Assembly: GCA_963783385.1 (NCBI GenBank)
Contig: CAWANJ010000002.1
Coordinates: forward strand, 1 to 64,000
From: an uncultured Gemmatimonadales bacterium
GTDB lineage: Bacteria; Gemmatimonadota; Gemmatimonadetes; Palauibacterales; Palauibacteraceae
Length of the DNA stretch: 64,000 bases
Reading direction: 5' to 3'
The translations under genes and the position numbers were made by a program. This document shows positions 50,374 to 60,382 of the stretch, in pieces (positions within the stretch are counted from its first letter, which is position 1; the number at the start of each line of letters is the position of its first letter). The notes below the pieces were generated by a model. It ran no database searches. It was not told the origin of the DNA and worked only from the letters and a program-made list of their open reading frames with translations.

Positions 50374-52464
50374 GTGATCAGCGACCGACCCCGGCTCCCT
50401 CGCACGCTGTGCTTGCCGGCACTCCTCGCCGGGACGCTGCTCGGGCTGCACGCGGCGCCCGCCCTGGCCCAGTCCCGCCCGGCGCCGGTGGCCGATCCGG
50501 CGGCCACGCTGCGGGGAGGGCGGCCGCTCCCGGGCCCACTGTACGAGACGGCGGCGTTCACGCGTGCCGTCGAGGCCGGCACGAGGACGCGGACCGGCCG
50601 ACCCGGCCAAGCCTACTGGGTGCAGCACGCCCGTTACCGCATCGAGGCGCGGATCGACACGGCGTCCGGCCGCGTGGAGGGGCGGGAGGCCGTGCGCTAC
50701 CTGAACCGCTCGCCGGACACGCTCCGACGGGTGGCGGTCTACCTGCGCCAGAACGTCTTCGCCCCCGGCAGCCCCCGACTCGGCGCCGCCCCCGTCACGG
50801 GCGGCGTGCGCCTGGAGCGGGTGGCCGCCGCCGGCCGCGACCTCGAGGCGGAGCCACCCCGGAACCCCGCCGTGCCGATCACCGAGGCGCCTCCCGGACC
50901 CCCGGAGACCGGCCGCTACGCGGTCGACGGGACGGTGATGTGGATCGCGCTCTCCGACCCCCTGTCGCCGGGCGACAGCCTCGACCTCTCCTTCGCGTGG
51001 TCCTACGCGCCCGCGCCCGCGCCCTCCGACGGCCGCGAGGGCCGGGATGGGGGCGTGTGGTTCATGGGCTACTGGTATCCCCAGGTGGCCGTGTACGACG
51101 ACGTCGACGGATGGGTGACCGACCCCTACCTGGACGGGGCCGAGTTCTACATGGACCCGGCCGACTACGACGTGCGCCTCACGGTGCCGAGGGGCTGGGT
51201 GGTGGGCGCCACCGGCACGCTCCGGAACCCGGACGACGTGCTGTCGGCGCGGTCCAGGGCGCGGCTGGCCGAGGCCAGGAGCGGTGGGGCGGTGGTGCAC
51301 GTGGTGGCCGCCGACGAGCGAGGATCCGACGCCGTCTTCGCGCCCGGCTCCGCAGACCTCACGTGGCACTTCACGGCCGCCGACGTGCGGGACTTCGCCT
51401 GGGGAGCGAGCCGGGACTACGTCTGGGACGCGACCCGTGCGCTGGTCGGAGGCAGCGCGCCGCCCGACACGGTCGTCATCCAGAGCTTCTACCGGCCGAC
51501 CGCCGCGGCCGCCGCCTGGGCGGCGGGCGGCGCCCGCTTCACCCGGGACGCCGTGGAGAGGCTGTCGGACTACCTGTGGCCCTATCCGTGGCCCGTGATG
51601 ACCTCGATGGAGGGCGTGCTCGACTCGGGTGGCATGGAGTACCCGATGATGACGCTCATGCAGCCGTGGGCGGACACGCTGTCGCTGGCCGGCGACCTCA
51701 TGCACGAGACCGGGCACATGTGGTTCCCGATGCAGGTGGGCTCCAACGAGACCCGCCATCCGTGGATGGACGAGGGCCTCACCCAGTTCGACGTGGCGCA
51801 GGGGATGCGCGCGGTCTACGGGGAGCCGCGCCAGGGAGGCCGGCCCAACGACTCGGAGCCCGGGCAGCGGAAGCTCTACCTGGAGGCGGCGCGCGCGGGG
51901 CACGAGGCGCCCCTCATGCGCCACGGCGACCGCTTCCCCCAGGACCTCTACTTCGTGATGTACTACGACAAGACGGCCCAGGTGCTGGCCACGCTCCGCT
52001 CCATCCTCGGCGAGCCGACCTTCCAGCGGGCCCTCCGGGAGTACGGGCGGCGGTGGATCGACCGGCACCCCGAGCCGGTCGACTTCTTCAACACCTTCTC
52101 GGACGTCGCGGGCGGCGACCTGTCGTGGTTCTGGCGCAGCTGGTTCTACGAGCCCTGGTCCCTGGACCAGGCCCTCGGGCCCGTTCGGATCGACGGCGAC
52201 TCGGTCGTCATCACGGTCGAGGACCTGGGACTGGCCCCCATGCCGATCCGACTGGCGGTCACCCGGGCGGATGGAAGCGTCCAGCGCCTGGAGCTCCCGG
52301 CGAGCGTGTGGCTGGATGGCTCGCGTCGCCACCTGGTCCGGGTCGCGGCCCGGCCCGAGGTCGTCCGCATCCAGATCGACCCGGAGGGCGCCTTCCCGGA
52401 CCTCGACCGGTCCAACCAGGTGTGGGAGCGGGCCTCTCAGCCCAGCAGCCGCCACCAGAGGTAG
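50374..52464 (+). CDS. Secreted M1-family zinc aminopeptidase
   Basis: GGMEYP, HETGH-x18-E (WMDEG), YYDK; GGAGG RBS and signal peptide. Confidence 0.92.
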   Translation: MISDRPRLPRTLCLPALLAGTLLGLHAAPALAQSRPAPVADPAATLRGGRPLPGPLYETAAFTRAVEAGTRTRTGRPGQAYWVQHARYRIEARIDTASGRVEGREAVRYLNRSPDTLRRVAVYLRQNVFAPGSPRLGAAPVTGGVRLERVAAAGRDLEAEPPRNPAVPITEAPPGPPETGRYAVDGTVMWIALSDPLSPGDSLDLSFAWSYAPAPAPSDGREGRDGGVWFMGYWYPQVAVYDDVDGWVTDPYLDGAEFYMDPADYDVRLTVPRGWVVGATGTLRNPDDVLSARSRARLAEARSGGAVVHVVAADERGSDAVFAPGSADLTWHFTAADVRDFAWGASRDYVWDATRALVGGSAPPDTVVIQSFYRPTAAAAAWAAGGARFTRDAVERLSDYLWPYPWPVMTSMEGVLDSGGMEYPMMTLMQPWADTLSLAGDLMHETGHMWFPMQVGSNETRHPWMDEGLTQFDVAQGMRAVYGEPRQGGRPNDSEPGQRKLYLEAARAGHEAPLMRHGDRFPQDLYFVMYYDKTAQVLATLRSILGEPTFQRALREYGRRWIDRHPEPVDFFNTFSDVAGGDLSWFWRSWFYEPWSLDQALGPVRIDGDSVVITVEDLGLAPMPIRLAVTRADGSVQRLELPASVWLDGSRRHLVRVAARPEVVRIQIDPEGAFPDLDRSNQVWERASQPSSRHQR

Positions 52465-53762
52465 ACGAGGCCGAAGCCGCCGAGCACCACGAGCCCCACC
52501 CACGAGAGCGCGATCATGCGCCGCCCGGGGCGATGCTCGGCGGGGAACCCGGGGGAGGTCACGGCCCGCAGGTTGAGGTAGCCGAGCACGGGCGCGGTCA
52601 GGAAGGAGACAATGGTCGCGAAATCGACCATGCCGGTGAGCGAGCGGGCCAGGCCCGCCAGGACGACGAGCACCAGAGAGCCGATCCCGATCATGGCGCC
52701 CCAGTAGACGCGTCCCGCCTCACCGATCTCCCCGGCGGACGCCCGGCGCCCCAGCAGCACCCGCGCCGTCTCCGCGAGGGCCCGCGGAAAGCCGTCCACC
52801 ACGGCCAGCGACGTCGACAGCATCGTGGTCAGGATCGCGGCCAGCACGAACGGGCGCGACCACGCGCCCAGGGTCCGGCCGTACAGGTCCAGGAGCTGGA
52901 GGGAGAACGCGGGCCCGGCGGAGCCGAACGTCTCGCCGCTGCCGTGCATGACGGCCGCACCCAGGGTGAGGAACGCGAAGGCCAGGATCCCCGTCCCCGC
53001 GTAGCCGACCAGGAAGTCGGCTCGCGCCGCGGCCACGGACGTGCGCGCCCGGTCCGCTGCATCCTTGGCCAGAGTCCACAGGGAGGACCACACGGCCACG
53101 TCGATGGCCGAGGGCATCCACCCCACCAGCGCGAGCACGAAGGCGAAGCTCACGGCCCCGCCGGCCGCCGCCCCGTTGTCTCCCACGCTCGGCCACGACG
53201 TCAGGGTGGCGAGGTCCGCCCGGGGGAAGGCGACCGCCGCCGCCAGGAGCGTCGAGAGCGCCAGGGTCACGAGGAGGACCTTCATGGTGCGGTCCAGGAG
53301 GCGGTAGCGACCCGCATACAGGAGGAGCCCGCACGCCAGGTACACGACCCCGCCCGCCACCACCGGGGAGGCGTGCGCGCCCACCACCGACAGGAGGAGG
53401 AAGCCGGTGAGGAGCACGATCGCGGCGTCCACGATGAACGCCGTGGCCAGCGTGAGCCCGAGGTAGAGCCACACCGCCCACCCGCCAATGTGACGATAGC
53501 CTGCCACCAGGCTCTCACCCGTGGCGGCGGCGTAGCGCGGCCCGTACTCGAAGAACGGGTACTTGAGGACCAGGGCCGCGAGGATGACGCCGGCCAGGGC
53601 GAAGCCGGCGTCGGCCCCGGCGCGGGTGGACTGCACCAGGTGCGAGACGCCGATGGCGGTCCCGGCCCAGATGAGGCCGGGACCGAGGGCCCGCCGTAGC
53701 TCGCGCCAGGAGAGGCGCTTCCCGCGGGCGGCGGTTTCCGCGTCCGCGGCCGGACGCGCCAC
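52437..53762 (-). CDS. NRAMP-like divalent metal transporter
   Basis: GPGLIWAGTAIGVSHLVQSTRAGA, KYPFFEYGPRY, GWMPS, many TM segments; start approximate. Confidence 0.85.
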   Translation of the reverse strand: MARPAADAETAARGKRLSWRELRRALGPGLIWAGTAIGVSHLVQSTRAGADAGFALAGVILAALVLKYPFFEYGPRYAAATGESLVAGYRHIGGWAVWLYLGLTLATAFIVDAAIVLLTGFLLLSVVGAHASPVVAGGVVYLACGLLLYAGRYRLLDRTMKVLLVTLALSTLLAAAVAFPRADLATLTSWPSVGDNGAAAGGAVSFAFVLALVGWMPSAIDVAVWSSLWTLAKDAADRARTSVAAARADFLVGYAGTGILAFAFLTLGAAVMHGSGETFGSAGPAFSLQLLDLYGRTLGAWSRPFVLAAILTTMLSTSLAVVDGFPRALAETARVLLGRRASAGEIGEAGRVYWGAMIGIGSLVLVVLAGLARSLTGMVDFATIVSFLTAPVLGYLNLRAVTSPGFPAEHRPGRRMIALSWVGLVVLGGFGLVYLWWRLLG

Positions 53763-53773
53763 GTCCGGGTCGA

Positions 53774-54865
53774 TCAGGGCTCGAGCACGAGGACGGCGAA
53801 TGACCCCGGTACGGGCCGCGGGCGCGGGTGCGGACGATCGGCCGTGGGCGCCGGCGCCGGCCCGAACTCCATGCTGACCGTGTAGAGACGGTGCGTGCGC
53901 TCGTCCAACCCCATGGTACGCGCGCCACGCTCCGTCGGGACGTTGGCCACCACCGAGAAGTGCTCCGGATCCTCCTCCCGGACGACGGTGATCGTGCCTG
54001 CCCCCGCCGACGCGAAGGCGAGTCCCGTACCCGGGTCGAAACGGGTGGCGTCCACTCCGTCCCCGACCGGCAGCGTGGCGACGACCTTCCCGGTCCGGGC
54101 ATCCACGACCGCCATCATGGCGTTGCCGCACCCCACGAACAGGCGGGCGTGGGCCCGGTCGATGGCCAGGCCCGTCGGCTCCTCGCAGGGCGCCAGCGGC
54201 CAGCTCGCCTCGACCTCCAGGCTCTGCGGGTCGATCTCGACGATCTGGCTGCTGTCCTCGACGTTGGCGTACAGGTGCCCGGCATGGTCAGAGACCGCGA
54301 ATTCGAGCGTGCCGCCGACGGGGATCGTACCGACCACCGAGTCGCCAGCCGCGTCGATCGCGGTGACGTTGCCGCGCGAATGATTGAAGGTGAACACCCG
54401 CCGCGTATATGGATCGTAGAGGATCGCGTCCGGGTTGCGGCCGGTGGCCTGGATCGTGGCGATCGGCTTCAGGGTCTCGAGGTCGACCACGGTCACCGTG
54501 GAATCACGCCCGTTGCTCGTGTAGCCGCGCCCGAGCTCGTCGGCGAGGGCGATCCCGTGGACGCCGGGCGTGCCGGGGACTTCCCCCGTGATGGAATCGG
54601 AGGCCAGGTCGAGGACCTGGACGTGCGTTCCGTGCGAGATGAACAGGCGGCCGCGGGCCGTGTCCACGGTGAGGTAGTCCCAGAAGCCGTCGGGTCCTCC
54701 GACCGGGATGCGCTTCACCACGTGGTATTGGGGCCCGGCGGCCTGTGCGCGGACCGGCCCCGGATGGATGGCCGACAGGGCCATCAGGAGGAGCCCGGAA
54801 AGCAGGGGGGTAGCGCGCCAGATCGGAGCGCGAGGGGTGAGGGAGGCCACGCTGTCCATGTCCAT
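53774..54865 (-). CDS. YncE/YVTN beta-propeller secreted protein
   Basis: GFWDYLTVD, PGVHGIA, NPDAILYDP, CEEPTGLA, GARTMGLD. Confidence 0.88.
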   Translation of the reverse strand: MDMDSVASLTPRAPIWRATPLLSGLLLMALSAIHPGPVRAQAAGPQYHVVKRIPVGGPDGFWDYLTVDTARGRLFISHGTHVQVLDLASDSITGEVPGTPGVHGIALADELGRGYTSNGRDSTVTVVDLETLKPIATIQATGRNPDAILYDPYTRRVFTFNHSRGNVTAIDAAGDSVVGTIPVGGTLEFAVSDHAGHLYANVEDSSQIVEIDPQSLEVEASWPLAPCEEPTGLAIDRAHARLFVGCGNAMMAVVDARTGKVVATLPVGDGVDATRFDPGTGLAFASAGAGTITVVREEDPEHFSVVANVPTERGARTMGLDERTHRLYTVSMEFGPAPAPTADRPHPRPRPVPGSFAVLVLEP

Positions 54866-54970
54866 CGGATGTCTCCGGATCACGGGTGGCGGCCGATGCC
54901 GGCCGCGGCGGCTCATACGATGGGAAAGAGTGGGAGCGCTCCGCCAGCGGAGAGCCGTCGTGCCCGCGGA

Positions 54971-55372
54971 TCAGGCGGAGTCGTCGCTCGACGCGGCCGT
55001 GCCGTCGGAGGCGCGGATCGGGACCTCCTCCACCAGCCCGACGTAGTTTCCCTCCGGATCCGCGAGCCACGCGAACCTGCCCTCGCCCTCCGGAAGGGCG
55101 GTGGCCGGCACCACGACCCGCCCACCCAGCGACTCCGCCCGCTCGCAGGCGGCCTCGAGGTCGTCGACTTCGACGTACAGCATCACGTACCGCCCGGGCT
55201 CGTGTCCCAGGGCCGTGATGTGTCCGTCAATGCCGCGTCCGGCGCAGGTCGTCATCCGAACGGAAGACGAACCGTAGGGGCGGCTCTTCCAGCCGAACAG
55301 GAGGCCGTAGAAGGTCTCGGCTCGCTCGCGGTCCTCGCAGCCGATCTCGAAGTGCACGACGGGACTCCCCAT
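54971..55372 (-). CDS. VOC/glyoxalase family protein
   Basis: VVHFEI, FYGLLFGW, YVEVDDLEA, DPEGN. Confidence 0.9.
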   Translation of the reverse strand: MGSPVVHFEIGCEDRERAETFYGLLFGWKSRPYGSSSVRMTTCAGRGIDGHITALGHEPGRYVMLYVEVDDLEAACERAESLGGRVVVPATALPEGEGRFAWLADPEGNYVGLVEEVPIRASDGTAASSDDSA

Positions 55373-55538
55373 GCCGGCCTCCGGCCTCGCGTGATCCAGC
55401 GTTCGTCCGCTCGCGGCCCGTGGGCCGGGAGCGAGCTCGGGGTGGCGGCGGGCCCGCCGCGCGGGGCGGGGGCCGGGTAACTCCGCCAATGTAGCGCGGC
55501 GGGCGCCGCGTTCGCACGACCTGAATGCCGCGTCCTCC

Positions 55539-55559
55539 GCGGGGACCGGCGGTCCCCGC
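55539..55559 (-). terminator. Hairpin right after the serine hydrolase stop
   Basis: GCGGGGACC-GGC-GGTCCCCGC, 9-bp stem with no U-tail. Confidence 0.35.
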
Positions 55560-55560
55560 C

Positions 55561-56946
55561 TCAGTGGACCCGGCGCGCCCGGTCCGGGGAGCCGAGGGTG
55601 CGGAGCACCCGGACCCAGGCAATGGCCTTGGTGGTCGGGTCGCGCTCGAACCACAGCCGTCGCTCGGTGCCGGAGACGAAGAAGGAGTCGGGCGCCGACG
55701 GCCGGAACTCCAGCGTAGTCCCGCCCGGCGTCTTCAGGTGCAGGGCGCCGTCCGAGGCCGTGAGGCGAAGCGTGTCCCCCTCCGGGAAGCGGTACAGGCC
55801 GGCGCAGGCCGCGATCTCGGCCGGAGGCAGCCGGACGGAGCTCGGCTCCGGCGGCCGCAGGGCGGGGTCGTACAGCCACGCCACCTGGTGGGCGATGTGG
55901 GGCGTGGCCGCGCCGGCGAGGTTGGTGAGCACCGCCACCGTCACCGAGTCGTCCACGTAGCGGACGATGTGGGTGCTGAACCCCTGCCAGCCGCCGGCGT
56001 GCTCTACGACCCAGTGGCCGGGCGTCCCGTGCACCTCCCAGCCGAACCCGTAGCTGGTGGTCGTGCCGTCGGCGAGGCGCACGGGGGTCCACATCTCCCG
56101 CTTCTCGTCCGATGTGAGAAACGCGTCCCCCGACAGCGCCGCGTCCCAGCGCGCCAGGTCCAGGACCGTGAAGTAGAGGGCCCCGTCGGCGGTGTGCTCC
56201 CAGGTGGGCGACACCCACGCCTGGTTGGCAAGCTGGCCGTCGTCGAGGACGTAGCCGGAGGCCCGGTTCGGGATGATGTCGGGGAGCCCGATCATGCGGG
56301 CCGTCTTCATGCCCAGCGGCGCGAACACCCGGTCGTGCAGGAAGCGGTTCCAGTGGGCGCCGGTCACCCGGTCGATGATGATGCCGAGGAGGACGTAGCC
56401 CGTGTTGCTGTAGCTCCACGTGGTGTCCGGCCGGAAGATGAGCGGCAGCCGCGCGAACAGGCGCGCGAGCTCCGCGTCCGTGTAGTCGCGCCGCAGGTCC
56501 ACGATCGGGGGATCGGCGTTCTCGTAGTCCTGGATCCCGGACGTGTGGGTGAGGAGGTTCCGGATCGTGATCCCCTTCCACGCCTCGGCCCCCTCGGGCA
56601 GGTACTTCGTGATCGGGTCGTCCAGCGCCAGCTTCCCGTCACGAGCCAGGAGGAGGACCATGGCCGAGGTGAACTGCTTCCCGACCGAGCCGGACTGGAA
56701 GATCGTGTTGGGCTTCACCGGGACGTCCAGCTCCACGTCCGCGAGGCCGTAACCCTTCGCCTTCACGATCCGCCCCGCCCGGTAGATCCCGAGGGCGAGG
56801 CCCGGGATGTGGTGGGCGTGCATGTACGCTTCGACCCAGGCGTCGATCGTATCGGAGGCGACCGATGGGGGCGGGGTGGCGGAGAGCGGCGTGGCCAGGA
56901 CCAGCAGGGCGAGCGCGGCCGGCACGTGCAGGCGCCTGTGCGCCAT
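55561..56946 (-). CDS. Secreted serine hydrolase, beta-lactamase class C/PBP-like family
   Basis: SVGK (SxxK), LLTHTSG, YSN, HAG; signal peptide. Confidence 0.9.
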   Translation of the reverse strand: MAHRRLHVPAALALLVLATPLSATPPPSVASDTIDAWVEAYMHAHHIPGLALGIYRAGRIVKAKGYGLADVELDVPVKPNTIFQSGSVGKQFTSAMVLLLARDGKLALDDPITKYLPEGAEAWKGITIRNLLTHTSGIQDYENADPPIVDLRRDYTDAELARLFARLPLIFRPDTTWSYSNTGYVLLGIIIDRVTGAHWNRFLHDRVFAPLGMKTARMIGLPDIIPNRASGYVLDDGQLANQAWVSPTWEHTADGALYFTVLDLARWDAALSGDAFLTSDEKREMWTPVRLADGTTTSYGFGWEVHGTPGHWVVEHAGGWQGFSTHIVRYVDDSVTVAVLTNLAGAATPHIAHQVAWLYDPALRPPEPSSVRLPPAEIAACAGLYRFPEGDTLRLTASDGALHLKTPGGTTLEFRPSAPDSFFVSGTERRLWFERDPTTKAIAWVRVLRTLGSPDRARRVH

Positions 56947-57236
56947 GGGCTTCTCCCTTCGAACGTGAACGGTGCGTGGACGCGCCGGCATGTCCCGGCT
57001 CGCCGCTCCTGGCAATGTCGAGGGGAGAGCCGGATCTGCCAACCCCCGGTGCCGATGGGCGAAAGCCCGGCGGCGGCGTGGCCCGGCGGGCGCCGGCGGA
57101 GCGAACTCCATTGCCGGCCTCGTGCCGCCCGGCCATGTTGGGCTCCGACCCGGTGCGACCCAGACGCGGACGGCCCGGCGCCTCGCGCCCGCTCCGCCCG
57201 CCGCGGCTCCCGCAGCTCTCGAGACAGAGGCTCCGC

Positions 57237-59600
57237 ATGCGCCAGCGCACGCTCCCGCTCGCTCTCCTGGCCCTGACCGCCCTCCCGCTGGCGGCGCGTC
57301 CCGCCCGCGGCCAGGCGCCCGTCCCGTACGCGCCCGACTCGGTCACGGCCGCCCGGTATGCGCATGCCGAGCGCTTCCTGCGCGCGGCCACGGCGCCCCT
57401 CGTGCTCCACGCGGACGTCAGGCCCACCTGGCTGCCGGACGGACGCTTGTGGTACCGGGTGCGGACGGCACGCGGGTTCGAGTTCGTCGTCGTCGACCCC
57501 GCGCGTCAGAAGAAGAGCTCCGCCTTCGACCAGGAGAAGGTGGCCGCGGCGCTGTCGGCGGCGGCGGACACGACGTACGACGCCTGGCACCTCCCCTTCC
57601 GGTCCTTCGAGTACGCGCGCGGCGGCAAGGCCATCACCCTCGAGGCGGGCGGGAAGGTCTACACGTGCGACGTCGGCGGAGCGAAGTGCACGGCCGGGAA
57701 CGCGGCGTCGGAAGGACCGGGCCGCGACGTGGTCGTCTCCCCCGACGGGAAGCTCGGGGCCTTCCTCAAGGACTGGAACCTGTGGGTGCGCGACCTGGCC
57801 ACCGGGAAGGAGACGCAGCTCACCACCGACGGGGTGAAGGATTTCGGCTACGCCACCAACAACGCCGGCTGGATCCGCTCCGACCGGCCCGTGATCCTGT
57901 GGTCCCCGGACTCGAAGCGGATCGCAACCTTCCAGCAGGACCAGCGCGGCGTCGGCGAGATGTACCTGGTCCACACGAAGATCGGCCACCCGACGCTGGA
58001 CGCGTGGAAGTACCCGCTGCCGGGCGACAGCGTGATCACCACCATCCAGCGCGTCGTGGTCGACCTGGACGCCGCGGGCGGCCCGAAGGTCGTGCGGCTC
58101 GACATGCCCCCCGACCAGCACCGCTCCGGCGTGTGCGACCACGTGGCGTGCGGGCGTGGGAACCCGGCCGGCGACTTCGCCGACGTGCAGTGGAGCCCGG
58201 ACGGCTCGCGGCTGTTCTTCGTGTCGACCTCCCGCGACCACCGGCACGAGACCCTGCGCGAGGCGGACCTTGAGACGGGAAAGGTGCGGGACATCCTGTC
58301 CGAGAGCGCGAAGGACTTCCTCGAGACCGGCTACAACCAGACCGACTGGCGGGTGCTCCCCTCGAAGAACCAGGTCATCTGGTACTCGGAGCGGGACGAC
58401 TACGGGCACCTGTACCTGTACGACCTGAGCACGGGGAAGCTGGAGCACCGGATCACCACGGGGCCGTGGAACGTGCTCCAGGTGCGGCGGGTGGACCCGG
58501 CCAGCGGCACGATCTGGTTCACGGGCGCGGGGCGGGAGCCCGGCGACCCCTACTTCCAGCGCTTCTACAGCGTGCGCACGGACGGGAGCCACCTCACCCT
58601 CCTCACCCCCGACAGCGCCGACCACCAGGTCACGATGTCGCCCGACGGGCGCTGGTTCGTGGACCGGGCCTCGACCCCGCAGACGCCGCCCACGACCGTG
58701 CTCCGCGACGCGCGGGGCCGGAAGGCGATGGAGCTCGAGCAGGCCGACATCTCGCGGCTGCTGGCCGCCGGGTGGAAGCCGCCGGCGTCGATCACCGTGA
58801 AGGCGAGGGACGGGAAGACGGAGCTGTACGGGCTCCTGTTCACGCCGACGGACCTCGACTCGACGAAGGCCTACCCGATCGTGAACCACATTTACCCGGG
58901 CCCCCAGACCGGGAGCGTGGGGAGCCGCAGCTTCGAGGCCTCGCGCGGCGACGCGCAGGCGCTGGCCGAGCTCGGCTTCGTGGTGGTCGAGATCGACGCC
59001 CTCGGGACCCCGATGCGCTCCCACTCCTTCCAGGCGGCCTGGTACGGCGACATGGGCGACAACGGGCTCCCCGACCAGGTGGCGGGGATGAAGGAGCTGG
59101 CGGCGCGCCACCCGTGGATCGACCTGTCGCGGGCCGGGATCTACGGGCACTCGGGCGGGGGCTTCGCCACGGCGGACGCCATGTTCCGCTTCCCCGACTT
59201 CTTCCGCGTCGGGATCGCCGAGGCGGGGAACCACGACAACCGCGAGTACGAGGACGACTGGGGCGAGAAGTGGCAGGGCCTGCTGACCACCGGCCCGGAC
59301 GGGAAGACGAGCTACGACAACCAGGCCAACGAGCTCGTGGCCAGGAATCTGAAGGGGAAGCTCCTCCTGGCCTACGGTACCACGGACGACAACGTGCCGC
59401 CCTACAACACGCTGCTCGTCGTGGACTCGCTGATCGCGGCCAACAAGGACTTCGACCTGATCGCGCTCCCCAATCGCCGCCACGGCTTCGGGGCCGAGCC
59501 CTACATGGTCCGCCGCCGGTGGGACTACTTCGTCCGGAACCTGCTCGGCGCCGAGCCCCCGCACGAGTTCCGGATCGGGGAGGGCGGCGACGGGGAGTAG
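57237..59600 (+). CDS. S9-family dipeptidyl peptidase IV-like protein
   Basis: Signal peptide, propeller (WSPD repeats), YPGP, GHSGGG nucleophile, DDNV, RRHGF. Confidence 0.93.
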   Translation: MRQRTLPLALLALTALPLAARPARGQAPVPYAPDSVTAARYAHAERFLRAATAPLVLHADVRPTWLPDGRLWYRVRTARGFEFVVVDPARQKKSSAFDQEKVAAALSAAADTTYDAWHLPFRSFEYARGGKAITLEAGGKVYTCDVGGAKCTAGNAASEGPGRDVVVSPDGKLGAFLKDWNLWVRDLATGKETQLTTDGVKDFGYATNNAGWIRSDRPVILWSPDSKRIATFQQDQRGVGEMYLVHTKIGHPTLDAWKYPLPGDSVITTIQRVVVDLDAAGGPKVVRLDMPPDQHRSGVCDHVACGRGNPAGDFADVQWSPDGSRLFFVSTSRDHRHETLREADLETGKVRDILSESAKDFLETGYNQTDWRVLPSKNQVIWYSERDDYGHLYLYDLSTGKLEHRITTGPWNVLQVRRVDPASGTIWFTGAGREPGDPYFQRFYSVRTDGSHLTLLTPDSADHQVTMSPDGRWFVDRASTPQTPPTTVLRDARGRKAMELEQADISRLLAAGWKPPASITVKARDGKTELYGLLFTPTDLDSTKAYPIVNHIYPGPQTGSVGSRSFEASRGDAQALAELGFVVVEIDALGTPMRSHSFQAAWYGDMGDNGLPDQVAGMKELAARHPWIDLSRAGIYGHSGGGFATADAMFRFPDFFRVGIAEAGNHDNREYEDDWGEKWQGLLTTGPDGKTSYDNQANELVARNLKGKLLLAYGTTDDNVPPYNTLLVVDSLIAANKDFDLIALPNRRHGFGAEPYMVRRRWDYFVRNLLGAEPPHEFRIGEGGDGE

Positions 59601-59659
59601 GACCCGGTGTCCTGGCCCGCTCGGGTTATGGCCCTCTCAGCCGGGAGGGGAGCCGGTGC

Positions 59660-60233
59660 CTATCTGCTGGGCGAAAAGACGTAGGTGTGCTTCCCATCGC
59701 TCAAATGGAACGCTCCATCACTGACTCGGCCCTCCAGCCATCAACTCGTCGCCGGCAGCGTCGACGAGAACGAGCGTGGTGCCATCCCAATCGTATTGTC
59801 CTGTCGAGCTGACGGCTCGCTGCTGGACCGAGCCTGAGGGATCCTGGAACTGGTTCGTGACGCTCATGGAGAACGCGCCCGTTTGACACTTCGACAGTTG
59901 ATACGTGCTGCCATCGGGCAGCGTCACGAGGCCGGATGTGTCGACATGAGCGCCGTTCGGGACGTGATGAACGCATGCCTTCGGCATCCATCCGTCCGGC
60001 GTAGCCACGCTGTCCTGTGACACGGCCTGGTCGAGCACGAGGGAACCCGCGACGAGTGTCGCGGTGCTGCCGGACGAATCCGTTGTCGTGCAGCATGGCA
60101 AACGACGAGCACCGTCGGCCGTCGTCAGCTCATACCGACCTGAAATGTCCTGGCCAGCGGCTGCTGGATTCGTCACCCCGCAGGCGCTCATTGCGAGTAC
60201 TGACGTAACGACAGCTACGACGGTTGTCTTCAT
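59660..60233 (-). CDS. Lipocalin-like lipoprotein with an inserted pro-peptide-like module; probable 1-nt frameshift near 59740
   Basis: GGAGG RBS, lipobox MSAC, SGRYELTTADG strand. The called ORF stops at 59718, but the +1 frame continues LEGRVSDGAFHLSDGKHTYVFSPSR* to 59660. Confidence 0.7.
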
Positions 60234-60382
60234 AGTATATCCTCCCAGTTGGGATCCTCGCCCGCTGAAGCCACGAGCACTCCGTTTCGTTTCCCAGTCG
60301 CGCGAGATCTAGCGTGTCTCAACTTCCCGGCCGCCGTCCGTGTTCATGCGTAAGCAGTCCTCCGACGAGTCACACAGCTCGG

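Noticed and set aside
55561-56946. Possible beta-lactam resistance gene
   Set aside because: The motifs fit the broad serine-hydrolase family; nothing specifically indicates AmpC activity
15966-59564. Many long overlapping or antisense ORFs (e.g. 15966-18650, 23242-25569, 50409-53699, 56763-59564)
   Set aside because: Stop-poor shadow frames of real genes in very high-GC DNA, with no motifs
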